Shown here: positions 1 to 11,816 of the stretch, piece by piece
Position numbering within the stretch: the first letter of the stretch is position 1
Layout: each line of letters opens with the position of its first letter
Origin: Antedon mediterranea
Taxonomy: Eukaryota > Animalia > Echinodermata
Direction: 5' to 3'
Assembly: GCF_964355755.1 (NCBI RefSeq)
Contig: NC_092678.1
Location: 21,903,365 to 21,967,364, forward strand
DNA: 64,000 bases
Program-made: the position numbers and the translations under genes
The notes under the pieces: model-generated
Told to the model about the DNA's origin: nothing
What the model saw: the letters and a program-made list of their open reading frames with translations, nothing else
Databases searched by the model: none

Positions 1-2631
1 TTACAAAAGCAACAATTAGTTAGCGTGTTTTGTTATACTTTGTTCAATTCAATTCATCCCACGTGGGGGACAAGTACATTTTGAAAAATACATAGTTAAT
101 AATCAATTAAAAATACAAAAAAATCAAATCACATTTCAACGTAACATCTTAAATTTACAATATTCATAATTCATAATACTATGGCCCATAAACAAATTTA
201 TTTGGATCTTTTATTTAACAGTTGTTACCGCAATATGCGATATATCATCTGCTCTGCTGATTGATCGACAATTTTTCACAAAAAATAAATGAAAATATGA
301 CAACGCATGCGTACACCAATGCATTTGATTTACCTGAATAAAGTCGCTTAGTGGAAAACAAACTTTATGTCGTCATATTGAAAATATGTCAATATTTTAA
401 TAGTGATTTATTTGTATATTCTATGAATACCGAAACTTGAAATTACAAATTACGTTAGTAAACCGGAAGATAATTGACGAAAAAGAAACACCAAATAAAC
501 AGTGAAAATGCACTTTTGGTTTCATTCATGATCAATGTAATCATAGATTATGGTGAACTAATAGCATGGAGGTTTGAGCATACATTTAGCTTAGGACGTT
601 AGGTTCAGTTCAGTTATTTAAACATTATCGCCTCGCCCACTAATTCAAATCCTTGGTCCGCAACTTTAATTAACAAAATAAAATTGTCTATTAATCTATT
701 CATACTAAACAAAATATCCAAAACGGAAACAAAACCGTTTACCAAGACATTTGACGTGGTATAACATAGAGATATTATATTGTCTCTATTGGTATAATCA
801 CATATAATGTTTTGTTAGTATATAATTGCACGCTTTAACTTTCATACTACTGACCAAAGTCCATTTGATTGTCTCGGTGCGAATGTATATACAAGGCCTA
901 CTTATATCAGAAAATTCTCATACTAGAAGTTAACGTCTCCGAATTGGAATGTCCGAAAAGAGGCCTATAGCTAAAATTAGGTGTACCCACGGAAAATATA
1001 GAATCTGGATAATCGTAGTTATGATTCTCACAGTAGGCCTATTTTTTGTTCAATTATTTGTTACAATTAACAGAAATTTGTTTTGAAAACTGGCATATAT
1101 ATCCTATATAACTAAACAGTAAAAATACACAGATAAGCACAGCAACAACACAAACCGTTGATAAAAAGTGGCTAAAATATTAATATAATGTACTATTATT
1201 TTTGTTTTTGAAGTCAGACTCTCTTTTTTTTTTTTGGTAAGGGGTGGGGAGTGTGCTTAAAGTGTGATTTAAACAGTGTAAACCAATTGAGTGCAAAGCT
1301 AGGCTTGTCCACCCCTCCTCATTCAAGGTTTCGACGAAGGGTATAAACAAGCACCCCAAGGACAACCGGATAATCTAAGCATTGTGATTGACCTTAAGTA
1401 AATGCCTTCTATTGTCCACGTTGTATAATAGTACCGTGCCACTCCCTACGATATACGCTAACACACAAGTATAATATATCTTACAATAGTACTCAACAGT
1501 ACTTTGGTATTATTATGCCACGTTGAACAAATAGTGTTTGTCTAGTTTGTCAATAGGTAAGCTGAGATCAGGACACTGAGTCAGAACATGGAGTAAAGAA
1601 CCTTCAGAGTGTGCAATGTTCAGCGGATTGCTTATGATGAAGGAGGATGAAATTAATTAATTTCACTCCTCTCTTGTATTACATTTGTTTGGTCTTTTAG
1701 TAGCCTAAACGACATAATTTTCAAATCAGCTGCAATTGAGGGTGGAAGGGGTGCCGCGGTTGATTAGTGAGAGGGGGTTATTAATCATGCGAAGATCTTC
1801 AAGTGTGCAGATATGAACTTTATTATTTCAACAACAAAAAAACCAAAGGGGAACTTACTAATATGTAACATTAACAAATTCCAATTACTACAACAATTCT
1901 TCTCAATTGTTTTTATATGAACTTATGGAAATGCCAAAATAAACATTAATAACAAAATCATGCAAATAAGTTTTTATTAAAGTGAAACCGTACCATTTGT
2001 TACACAAGCTGTCACAACTGGTTCTGTAAAAACAGGGATCCCATTGACAATGGGTGTAACTAATTTTTATAATAATAAAAAAGGAATATAGTTGAAAACT
2101 ATTTTGGAGATATAATCATTCAAGAGTTTCTTCAAGAGTTTGTGACCGGATTCATTCATCTACCATTTTGCTTTATGGTCGTAAACTAAATTACAACAAC
2201 AAAACGTAATTGTCAGACTTGAAGTTATGACCATCTAACCATAGTTATTTGTAGGCCTACGCAAAGTACAGTCTGTTAATACTGGCTTGATGATGATAGA
2301 TGTCCGTTTGTTTATGCGAGTTGAAAACGCTTTTCCAACTCAGCATTGAAGTAACATGAGTTGTTGAGTTTCGACTAGCCTATATATGGACATGATGATG
2401 TCATATCACTTCCATATTTGAGCATCACTACCATAATTGGGCACTTCACACTTTTTTTTTTCAAACTAGTTTGATAGTAGCCTATATAGAGAACCATAGA
2501 TGGTGCCAATCCAATATCAAGCATGTCAAGATGAAAACAATATTCATTGATCATTATTTGTGTGTTCTTGGACTAAAAATAAAGTGCAGTGTCTTCTACG
2601 TCTATAGTTCAAAGATTGTGTTCACAAAATG

Positions 2632-2980
2632 AACAAGCACGAATGAGCGATACTCGGGGTACAGCAAAAGAAGCTGTAATGACGTCATAAGACCGGATGT
2701 AACGTCACATACACATCAATAACCTCGCTACCAAATACGGCTATACGGTACCATCTTCGAGACGTGATAATGGCTGCATCCGGTTTGAAATTAAAAAATC
2801 CGGCTCTATAGATTTGAGGACATGTCCCTTTAGTATATTAATGCTAAATCCCAGCTCAATACTAAAACGAATAAGGGAGGAGTAGTACTTTAAAAGTCGC
2901 ACTTTTTACTCAATAGTGTCCGGATGGAAGAAGAAGAGGAAAAGATGAGAGAGTCCAGACTCAGGTACCCCGAGTAATAA
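2632..2980 (-). mobile_element. Non-autonomous Helentron-type element (HINE/DINE-like), ~350 bp
   Basis: Subterminal IRs tactcggggtac (2651-2662) and gtaccccgagta (2965-2976), AACAAG/AATAA ends and a GA-rich tract. It interrupts an A-run of the profilin 3' flank that is contiguous at 15289-15310; no TSD. Confidence 0.7.
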
Positions 2981-3046
2981 AACGAGATATACTCTATATA
3001 ATATTGCGTATATACAGTACTCTTCACCATAAAGTTTAAAAAAAAA

Positions 3047-3123
3047 GGTTTCGCCCGAGCTCGAACCGGGGACCTTCTGCGTGTTAAGCAGACGTGATAA
3101 CCACTACGGTACGTCAAGAAGCC
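3047..3123 (-). pseudogene. tRNA-Val(AAC)-derived sequence, probably a pseudogene
   Basis: Minus strand reads GTAGTGGTTATCACG TCTGC-TTAACAC-GCAGA AGGTC CCCGG-TTCGAGC-TCGGG CGAAACC followed by T9. The 5' acceptor/D-stem is disrupted by an insertion of about 5 nt and mismatches. Confidence 0.8.
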
Positions 3124-3192
3124 GCATATAACAACATAACGCAAGTAAAAAGCAAATATGCAGTCTCCTCGGGTATACTGATGTACACGTTA

Positions 3193-3699
3193 TTAAAATC
3201 TATAGTGTTTTAGTACAGAAATACAAGCTTCCACACCAATATTTGTGTAGTGTGGGTTACCTCCTTCTTTTGTATGGGCTATGACTATAACAGTGTTTGC
3301 GGACTGCATCGATATTGCTCCATGATTCTCCAGTTTACCCCCAACAAGTAATGTGCCGTCTTCTTTCACTTCGTGCATCTCATATGTGTATAGGACACCA
3401 CCAACTTGTATATCACTTGACTCAAACGCTGTTAAGTCTTCATTTCTAAAATACTCCGCTATGTTCGCACCCTCACTACCCTTTAGTACAATCGTCCTAG
3501 AATCGAATTGTAATGGTTCCCAATAATTGCCGTTTTCTAAGCGAATTATACAGGCTTTATCTGCATGATACGCACCGGTTAGATCCGAACTGAGAGTGAT
3601 CACCGCATCAGTCCATGAATTAATATCAGTCAATGGTTGCGTGTACACCGGGTTAACAAGTGAAAGACAAACCAAGGCAACCAAACTAATGAAACCCAT
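3193..3699 (-). CDS. Divergent profilin paralog 1 with putative signal peptide (168 aa from ATG 3699; a further in-frame ATG lies at 3801)
   Basis: Intact intronless ORF. Leader MGFISLVALVCLSLVNPVYT-Q is followed by a profilin-like body (SW...HADKACII...EGANIA...GAISMQSANTVIVIAHT...TNIGV) that aligns with the two other copies. Confidence 0.85.
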   Translation of the reverse strand: MGFISLVALVCLSLVNPVYTQPLTDINSWTDAVITLSSDLTGAYHADKACIIRLENGNYWEPLQFDSRTIVLKGSEGANIAEYFRNEDLTAFESSDIQVGGVLYTYEMHEVKEDGTLLVGGKLENHGAISMQSANTVIVIAHTKEGGNPHYTNIGVEACISVLKHYRF

Positions 3700-4722
3700 T
3701 ATATCGTTTAAGTTCAGAATTGTAATCAACTTTGAGTTATATTCACTATCACTGTAGAAGGAATGAACATATTTTTTTGCAATTTCATCACTTTTATACA
3801 TTTTCTTCAGCCATTAAAATTATTTAAACATTATTTATTACATTTATAAACGTATGGAATTTATAATTATGCATTTTTTATGCAATTCGGCAAACTGTAT
3901 ACAGTAACGCATGCTAATTGTTTTATTATATTAAATTTTTTATTTAGAATAAACAACAAACATGCGATTTATGATAATTTTATTATTTTGATCTTTTTGT
4001 AACGATCCTAATGGAGTGGCTTTCATTACTATCTATATATTACAATTTTAGCATAAACAAACAAGCCATTGTTCTAACCGTATTTGTTATTTTTATGAGA
4101 AATAATTTTGAATTTGTAATAACAAATTAGAAACTATAATTGAATTGATCACTTTGACGAATTATAGGTGATCATTTTACTGATATTTAATTTAAACAAG
4201 AAATATTTCTTACAAAAAACGCTGCTCGCTTATTGAAAAATATTTTTTATTTCTAATGTTTTTGAATGTGTCTTTATTTTCACATAATAGTTATTTTACC
4301 TGAAAAAGTGTAATTTAAAGCAACAAATACTTAAATTGTCTGTCAGACAATGGTTTTTGGGTTTCTTTTCTCTTTTTATAGGCTGTGAATAAATATTATT
4401 TTTTTGTTACAGAAGTGAATACTCAATTTCTGTCACTTTAATTTTATTGCTAAGGTCAAGTCTGGCGGTCACTTCATCACCCTAGATATTTCAAGTGTGA
4501 AGTATTATATCCTATATTACAAACACAAACTTTAATGGACTGTTTCGATAATAATTCAATGAATATCTGACAGTGAATATACCAGAAATGCTTTGGGATT
4601 TGTAATTTTAGCATGACATGTCCTAATAGACTCTTTTCCCAGACGTTTTTTGGGTCTACTGTAGCAGCTGGAATCAATAAATTATAGTGGAGTTTCCATT
4701 TTCGCAAAACTGTCGTCCTTAG

Positions 4723-6672
4723 AACTAGCTATAACAGCAGCAGCGTGAAAAAACAGGCAGGTACGTTAAATAAGACCGCAAAATATTGATTAGGCAATCC
4801 TATTACCTGATGCATATATGCTTATGATGCTGATTGGTGCCTATTATGTGTCATAAAATCGTCGATGAAGTGTAAATGGGGTCTTTTTTTATATACTCTA
4901 TACGGTACAGTTCACTGTATATCTATATACTGTACTGTACAGTGTAACATAGGTGAAATTACGGGAACCACAACATGTTTTAATTTTTTGGTATGATGAC
5001 GTTGTCAAAATAAACTTGCAGATCACAATTTCGAAAGAAAATGAATTGAGCAAAAAATTATAAGATTTGGAAGAAAATTTGGCACGTAGAAACGCACTGC
5101 GCGCTCTTTGAAATGTGTATAAATTTGTCGAAAGGGAGAAAAGAACTACTTTTTAACTTCAACTACATCCTATAGGCTTAATTTTTATATGAATTCATAT
5201 CTACATTTCATCAGCTTTCATAACAAAATAATAATCATCAAGGTAACCTTTAATTCTGAAGAGCTGTAAGATATTCAAAAATACGGTGTAGGTAAATTTA
5301 CACGACCTACGTTATTCAAGTTTTTACGCGTGATGACGTCATCAAAATGAAAATGTTGACAACTCATGAGAAAGATAATTAATTGAGCAATCATATACTA
5401 AAATTTGAGCGAAAATCGGGCACAAAATAACCGAGGTGCGCTCTGTTGAATATGATAATCTATGACGAAAGAGAAAAAACTTAATTTTTAAATTCAAGAG
5501 GCCATTTGATGACGTCACAACATTTTGTACGTAAAATGTGTACATGAATTTATATCTACAACTCAATGGCTTCCAGAATAAGTTAAAAAGATTGGGGGTC
5601 AACGTGCATTCTGAAGAATTATTTTCATTTTAAAAATGCCTTATTTTTCACCATTTTCAGCACTTTTATTAATGTGCGTATTTTGTAATTTTTTACCTGC
5701 TCGTATAGCGTTATTTTAAGTCGGAACGGACTCAAATTCAGTGAATGTACTAAGGATGGTGAGTAGAATGCAATTTGTACAAACATTTTAAAGTATCGTG
5801 CGCATTTTTGAGCAGTTATTTTTTAAAACACGCAAATTTATGCTCTAAGTTGATCAAAACCTAATTTTGAGTTTTTTAAATTTTTAACGCGCGATTTCAC
5901 GCGCATGACCCTACGTGCGCGTGCGTTTTTATTTGCTAATATTTTTACCCTTGACCTGAAGTTTACGTGTAATAAATTTCATTAATATCTGATAATGAAT
6001 TATGGAGATATGATTGATAATGTGATTTCATAAAATGGCGTATAAATGACGTCACGGTTGAGTGATCGCGCTGAAAAGCTTATTATGATGCCTAAGTTAA
6101 AGTATTTGAAAGATATTGTGACATTTTTGTGATCATTGCCATTCAACTTTTTGAGATAAATGTTACACAAAAAGTGTAAAGAAAGAAGAATAACATTAAA
6201 GATTTTATACAATAAGAATAGGTAATCATTTTGTTCTAAATGATCACCTAAAAATGACAACAAAGACATTGTTATTCATGAATAATCAACATAATCAGTT
6301 TAATCATATTCAGTCGTATCAATGCACTTTTGATTTAATGTATAGCATTAGGCATAAAGAACAAATAAATTGTATGAACATTTGAATTATTTCTTATAGT
6401 GTTACGTTTGTCGTTAACGGCCTTGAAAATATTGATGTGGTTATCACGCAAGCAAGTGGACCAATTACAAGCAACTATTCCAAATCCTTTGCTCGCGCTT
6501 ACGTCAATGCGCTGCGAGTTTGTATTATTAGTGAAAAAGAAAAATATATTTTGGCACATATGGCGTTTCATACGTATACTACTTGATTTTGTATTTTCAG
6601 ACAAAAATCGCGGTCGAAACAAAAACAAATAAATAAAAAAAAAAGATAATAGACTTGGGGCAAGTCTACTAC
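4723..6672 (-). mobile_element. Longer HINE-like element, related to 41936-43167
   Basis: 5330-5900 is clearly homologous to 42187-42790. Terminal hairpin tagacttg-ggg-caagtcta (6650-6668) follows an A-rich tract. The left end (aactag at 4723) is tentative. Confidence 0.6.
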
Positions 6673-7216
6673 TTACTATATTGTTACAACACACTTTCAC
6701 AATTGGTTTTGTAAAATGAAAAATTCAGTGAATATTACTGAAACTGAAAATCGTGCATAAAAAACCATAAACAAATTTTGTATACTCATAAAAAAAAAGA
6801 ATATTTGGAGATACCGGATGTGTCACGATTCTACCATATCACTTCCATATTTGAGCATACTGTATCACTACCATATTTGGGCAAATCACTATCATATTTG
6901 GGCACATCACACTTTTGTTGTCAAACAAGTTTCATAGTGTAAACAGAGCTTAAAGGAAAAGAACTCACAACTTGTAGATGAAATGTAACCATGGTTAACT
7001 TTTGTTTGTGAATTTGATAGAAATTAGAACATTTGTATCATTGAAGTATCATAAGTTGTTTGTTGGAAGTTCGGCTAAAAAGATGATGCCAATCCACTAT
7101 CAAGTATCAGATGAGAACAATATTCATTGATTAATATTTGTGTGTGTTCTTCTTCTGAAAATAAAGTGCAGTGTAAATCGTCTACGCCTATAGTTCAAAC
7201 ATTGTGTTCACACAAT

Positions 7217-7460
7217 AGGCCCTAATTGATTATTTTTTATGATGCATACCAAAATCATATAAAACCAATTCCCATTTGAAATTGTTTATAATTAAAAGAG
7301 AATTATAAAATATTCCTGATTTAATGAATTAACTTGAATTTTAAATTTAGAAAATTAAAAAAACAATAGGGCCCTAATTGATTATTTTTTATGATGCATA
7401 CCAAAATCATATAAACCCATTCCCATTTGAAATTGTTTATAAATAAAACAGAATTATATT
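7217..7460. repeat. Direct duplication of a ~90-bp AT-rich block (period ~150 bp)
   Basis: ggccctaattgattattttttatgatgcataccaaaatcatat...agaattata occurs at ~7218 and ~7370. Confidence 0.85.
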
Positions 7461-8020
7461 ATATCGCTCAACATACAAAACCTTCCTAAGAAGAATGCTA
7501 GTGAATGGCTTTCAAAGGGTCTGGCCACCAAACCATGTAGACCCTCAGATGAAGAAACAGATGAAAACTATATAGACTGGAGTTACGTAATTGATAATGA
7601 CGATCTCTACAAGATTACTGGCTTTCAACCGCTAGAAGAATATGTCTACAAGCAACAATTCAACTGGATCGGACATGTAATTAGTAAAGAAAATGAAGAT
7701 CCTACAAAAATTCTTACTTTTCACACAACACAAAGTAAACGAAGAGGTCGGAAGATACCATCAGTACTTGATAGAGTTGTACAACAAAGTCAACTTACTA
7801 GATGCAACTTCATTAGAGCCTGCTTCAACAAAATGTATAATTCCCAGCAATGTTTTAACTGTATATATGACCTGTTTTATAAGTTGTTTTGTGACTGTGC
7901 AATTTGGTAGTAGTCACTCTCATACTGTACATTTAAAAGTAACACATCCAAATGCCAACTTTAAGTCAATGGCTACCAGATGTCTCTGTGAGACGGTTAT
8001 TTAAACCAGTACCAGTAGTA
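7461..8020 (+). mobile_element. 5'-truncated RTE-like LINE fragment
   Basis: Hand translation with one frameshift gives YKTFLRRM.../DWSYVIDNDDLYKITG..QQFNWIGHVI..KRRGRK, resembling the post-RT 'W.GHV...R.RGR' region of RTE-clade LINEs. Confidence 0.65.
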
Positions 8021-9269
8021 TAGGGCCTAACCAATTTCGAGCACACACGACTGTAGCATGTACATGGCCTTGTTCGTTTTGTTTTCGTAGTAAAAATAAT
8101 GTTTTCAGTTATAAAAATCACAAAATAAACGGTTAATTTCAACCAAAAACCCATTGGTAGACAGCCAATTTCATAATTTTTTGCTTTAAATTACAGTTTT
8201 TAGGTAAACATATATTTTAGGTTCAATTTTTGGTCAAAGTGAAGAACTATTATGTGACATTAAAATGGAATATTTAAAAAAAAAAAAAATAAAATTTTTT
8301 TTTCAGTGGGACAATACATCTTTAATATAATAATTAACCGGCTATTGGTCAATTCAATAGCTACCATGCTTATAATTAGCAATTACCAAAATACGCCTAC
8401 AAATTATTTACTAAATTTACTGTATTACAAAGTCGTCGTTATTATTATAGAAATAATAAATATATTAAATTAATCACCAAACACAATTAATATTCACTTT
8501 TCTGTTAAGCTCTGTCAACACTATCAAACTTTATGTGACATCAAATGTGACGTGCCTATATATGGACACGATGATGTCGTCATATCACTACCATATTTGG
8601 GCATATCATACTTTTTTAGTCACATAAAGTTTGATAGTGAGTGTAGACAGAGAATTACATACTACAACAACACAAGATGCCAGCACAGAAACAATATTAG
8701 TCACATCAAGTTTGATAGTGAGTGTAGACAGAGAATTAGAAAAAATCTGGAGTAGCCTACTGTAACCTAGAAAAACCATAACGCCACCAGATTATATGAA
8801 TTGCTTGATTCAAATTGAGATTGCCATGTACTCTTTGTAACCATCTGCTCTTGTGTATGTACTCTATGTATATTGTCGGGATTAGGCCTATATGATTTGA
8901 AGATGGTCTAATATGATTAAACCAATCGCATTTTCGCAATAATAAAGTCAGTCTAAACTGGTTAGATGTCCGTCTGTTGTGTGTGCGTTTGTGTAGGAAG
9001 ATAAACAATAGTATAGTTCACATCCATGTTGTATTTGCTCTTGTAAGGTTCGTGGTATATAATGTACACAATGCTGAGTATCGAAGATGGAACGTCGTTA
9101 GCAAATGGTTAGATGTCCGTCTGTTGTGTGTGCGTTTGTGTAGGAAGATAAACAATTAGTATAGTTCAAATCCATGTTGTATTTGCTCTTGTAAGGTTCG
9201 TGGTATATAATGTACACAATGCTGAGTATCGAAGATGGAACGTCGTTAGCAAATGGTTAGATGTCCGTC

Positions 9270-10398
9270 TGTGGCTAAAGATACGGTACCGTATTCTAAC
9301 TTCTGTTTACTAAAGATACGGTAAAATTGCATTACGTCATAACCAGCCAATGGGGTGCTGGCACGTGTGTGACGTCATCGTATAAGGACTTTGTGGATTT
9401 TTTTCATATCGCGAAAACCATGGAGGTATGGCGAAAACAGTTTAGTTATAATGGGAAAGTTTAGGCGATGTGCCTTTTTAAACCCCATATCAACTACATT
9501 GTGTCGATGCGATTCTTGAAGGTATTAGCGGTCTCAGAATTGACAACGTCGGCTGGTAAACTGTTCCAATGGTTTATTACTCGTTGCGAGAAGGTATGTC
9601 TTCTACAGTTCAATCCTTTATGGAAAGTAGGCTTGAAAAATCTCAGGTGATGCCCTCGAGTAATTCTGCTAATGTTACTTCTCATTTGGAAAAAGTCATC
9701 CTTGGCTACACCCTCGAAACCTTTAACAATTTTATATGCTTCAATCAGGTCACCTCGAATTCTTCTGTCATACAAGGTTGTTAGGCCAAGAAACTTTAAA
9801 CGATCTTCATATGATCAACCGCATTTTCTTTATGCTTTATTTATCGCTATTATCGCCGTCGTGTGTGACAAAAACTAAATGTAGCCTACGTCTGTTATTA
9901 TTATTGAAAAGCCATGTTGATTTTAATTCTAGAATAGAGAAAACCGTTTTAAAAGAGAAGGGAAAGCGATTCCAGGCTGTGGCCAGCTGCATATGTGTGC
10001 GCTGATTTCTGTGACTCGTCAGCCCTGGGACTACACTGCTGTCTAAATCATAGTATTTAAGGGCTCCTTTATTGTCCGCATTTGCTTGTTGTTTATGGTC
10101 ACCATTGTAAACAAAGTTTTAAAAAAATATAGGCCTAAATAGGCCATTTGGAATAAAAATAAAACCCTCATCTGCAGCGCAGCACACACATCCACGCAGC
10201 CTGGCGCCGCCGATAGGAATTCTCTACATATATACAACAACCAACAACAACAGACGCGATATGAAAAAAAAATCCCAAGTCCTTATACGATGACGTCACA
10301 CACGTACCAGCACCCCATTGGCTGATTATGACGTAATGCAATTTTACCGTACCTTTAGTAAACAGAAGTTAGAATACGGTACCGTATCTTTAGCCACG
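9270..10398. mobile_element. Non-autonomous DNA element with ~140-bp terminal inverted repeats
   Basis: 9270-9412 (gtggctaaagatacggtaccg...catatcgcg) is the near-perfect reverse complement of 10256-10398. Confidence 0.88.
9465..9815 (-). mobile_element. CR1-type LINE 3' fragment nested inside the TIR element
   Basis: RRIRGDLIEAYKIVKG..TRGH..RRHTFSQRVINHWNSLPADVV..FKNRID is the characteristic C-terminus of CR1 ORF2. Confidence 0.9.
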
Positions 10399-10661
10399 GC
10401 GATAAACAATTAGTATAGTTCACATCCATGTTGTATTTGCTCTTGTAAGGTTCGTGGTATACAATGTACACAATGCTGAATATCGAAGATGGAACGTCGT
10501 TAGCAAATGGTGTAGTTGTTTCTTCTTCTGTACATAAAGGACAAATCTTCTACATTTTTAAGTTTTGATAGATGAATCATTTTCACAAAAAAAAAAAAAA
10601 AAGCGATATACTGCATAAGCCTATCTGTAGTGGATATGCGTTGAGTATGGTTTGCATGTGA

Positions 10662-11153
10662 CTACATTCCCAGGGATTCAAGATATTCAGCAATAACTGC
10701 GACACCTTTATTTGTGTTTCCTTGCATTTCTCCCTCTATGGTGTGTGCGATGACTATGGCAGTTTTTGAAGACTGCATCGTAATTGCTCCGTGATCTTTC
10801 AGTTTACCCAAAACAAGTAGGCCTGTGTTCACTTCGTCTTCCCTCAAGAATTGGTATTGAACCCCCTCAGCTTGTATACCACTTGCCATGAACGCTGAGA
10901 AATCTTCACTTTTGAAACTCACTGCTATATCAGTAGCCTCACTTGTTGTTAATTTGTAGGCGTTGGCATGGCCATCTGTTGTCCATTTCGCACCACCGTC
11001 CAAACCAATTATACAGGCTTGATCAGCATGCTCTGTACCACTTGCATCCTTAGTTTGAGCAATCAAATAATCAATGTATGAATCCCAACTCTGCGTGTAC
11101 ACCGGATTGACAAGTGAAAAACAAACCAAGAAAATCAAACAGATGAAACCCAT
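10662..11153 (-). CDS. Profilin paralog 2 with putative signal peptide (163 aa)
   Basis: First in-frame ATG is at 11153 (the ORF-track start at 11210 is GTG). MGFICLIFLVCFSLVNPVYTQ is fused directly to SWDSYID...; the body is about 70% identical to the cytosolic copy by manual alignment. Confidence 0.9.
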   Translation of the reverse strand: MGFICLIFLVCFSLVNPVYTQSWDSYIDYLIAQTKDASGTEHADQACIIGLDGGAKWTTDGHANAYKLTTSEATDIAVSFKSEDFSAFMASGIQAEGVQYQFLREDEVNTGLLVLGKLKDHGAITMQSSKTAIVIAHTIEGEMQGNTNKGVAVIAEYLESLGM

Positions 11154-11816
11154 GTTTCTTCTTCTAAGTTCAGAATTAACCAATACCGAGTTACCGTATT
11201 TAGAGTACACCGCAAGGACTGTACATATTTCACAATAGTTCTCACTTATTCATTTAATTTTAATTAAAACAATGGAGCCTATTGTATTCAATATAATTAT
11301 AATTTCCATACAGAATGCATTGATTTAGATCCCGAAGATTAATAATTAATTAGTAAATAATTAAAATTTACCTTACAACCGAATTTTTTATTTTTTTCCT
11401 TTTGTAATACAATCTAATCCCCGTGTGGACGACAACACATTGTTTTCAGTTTATTTTAATTTTTAATATAATTTATAATATTAAACAAAAAAGCCATTGT
11501 TGTGATTTATTATTTTTTAATTTTATGTAGATATATAAAAAAATAACTAGTTTGCCTATTCAGTAAGTTTGTAATGGACTGGTAATTAAAAAATGGCTTA
11601 ACCTTTCGATGAAACATTGACATTTTAGAATTTTGCGTAGGCTACATTGTGATACCTACCGATATCACAGCATAGCGACGACGTCTGGTGGTTTATAGAC
11701 TATTATTTCAAACTTATCCCTGCAAGTCTGTATAGTTTATTGTTTACTTTTATGTTTTGTATTCTAGTCATCGGCGTTTTGATTTTTTTGAAACTAGATC
11801 AAGTTTTATAGTATCA

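Larger units (their letters stand above)
8960..10510. repeat. Three tandem copies of a ~148-bp unit; the third is interrupted by a TIR element
   Basis: Units start with ggttagatgtccgtctg at 8960, 9107 and 9255; the third unit resumes at ~10401. Confidence 0.9.

Noticed and set aside
1-300. Upstream region of a possible fourth profilin copy left of the window
   Set aside because: Similarity to the 5' flanks of paralogs 1 and 2 is too weak and AT-rich to support.
11154-11210. N-terminal 19 aa of the 182-aa ORF-track protein
   Set aside because: Starts at GTG; the first in-frame ATG is at 11153.
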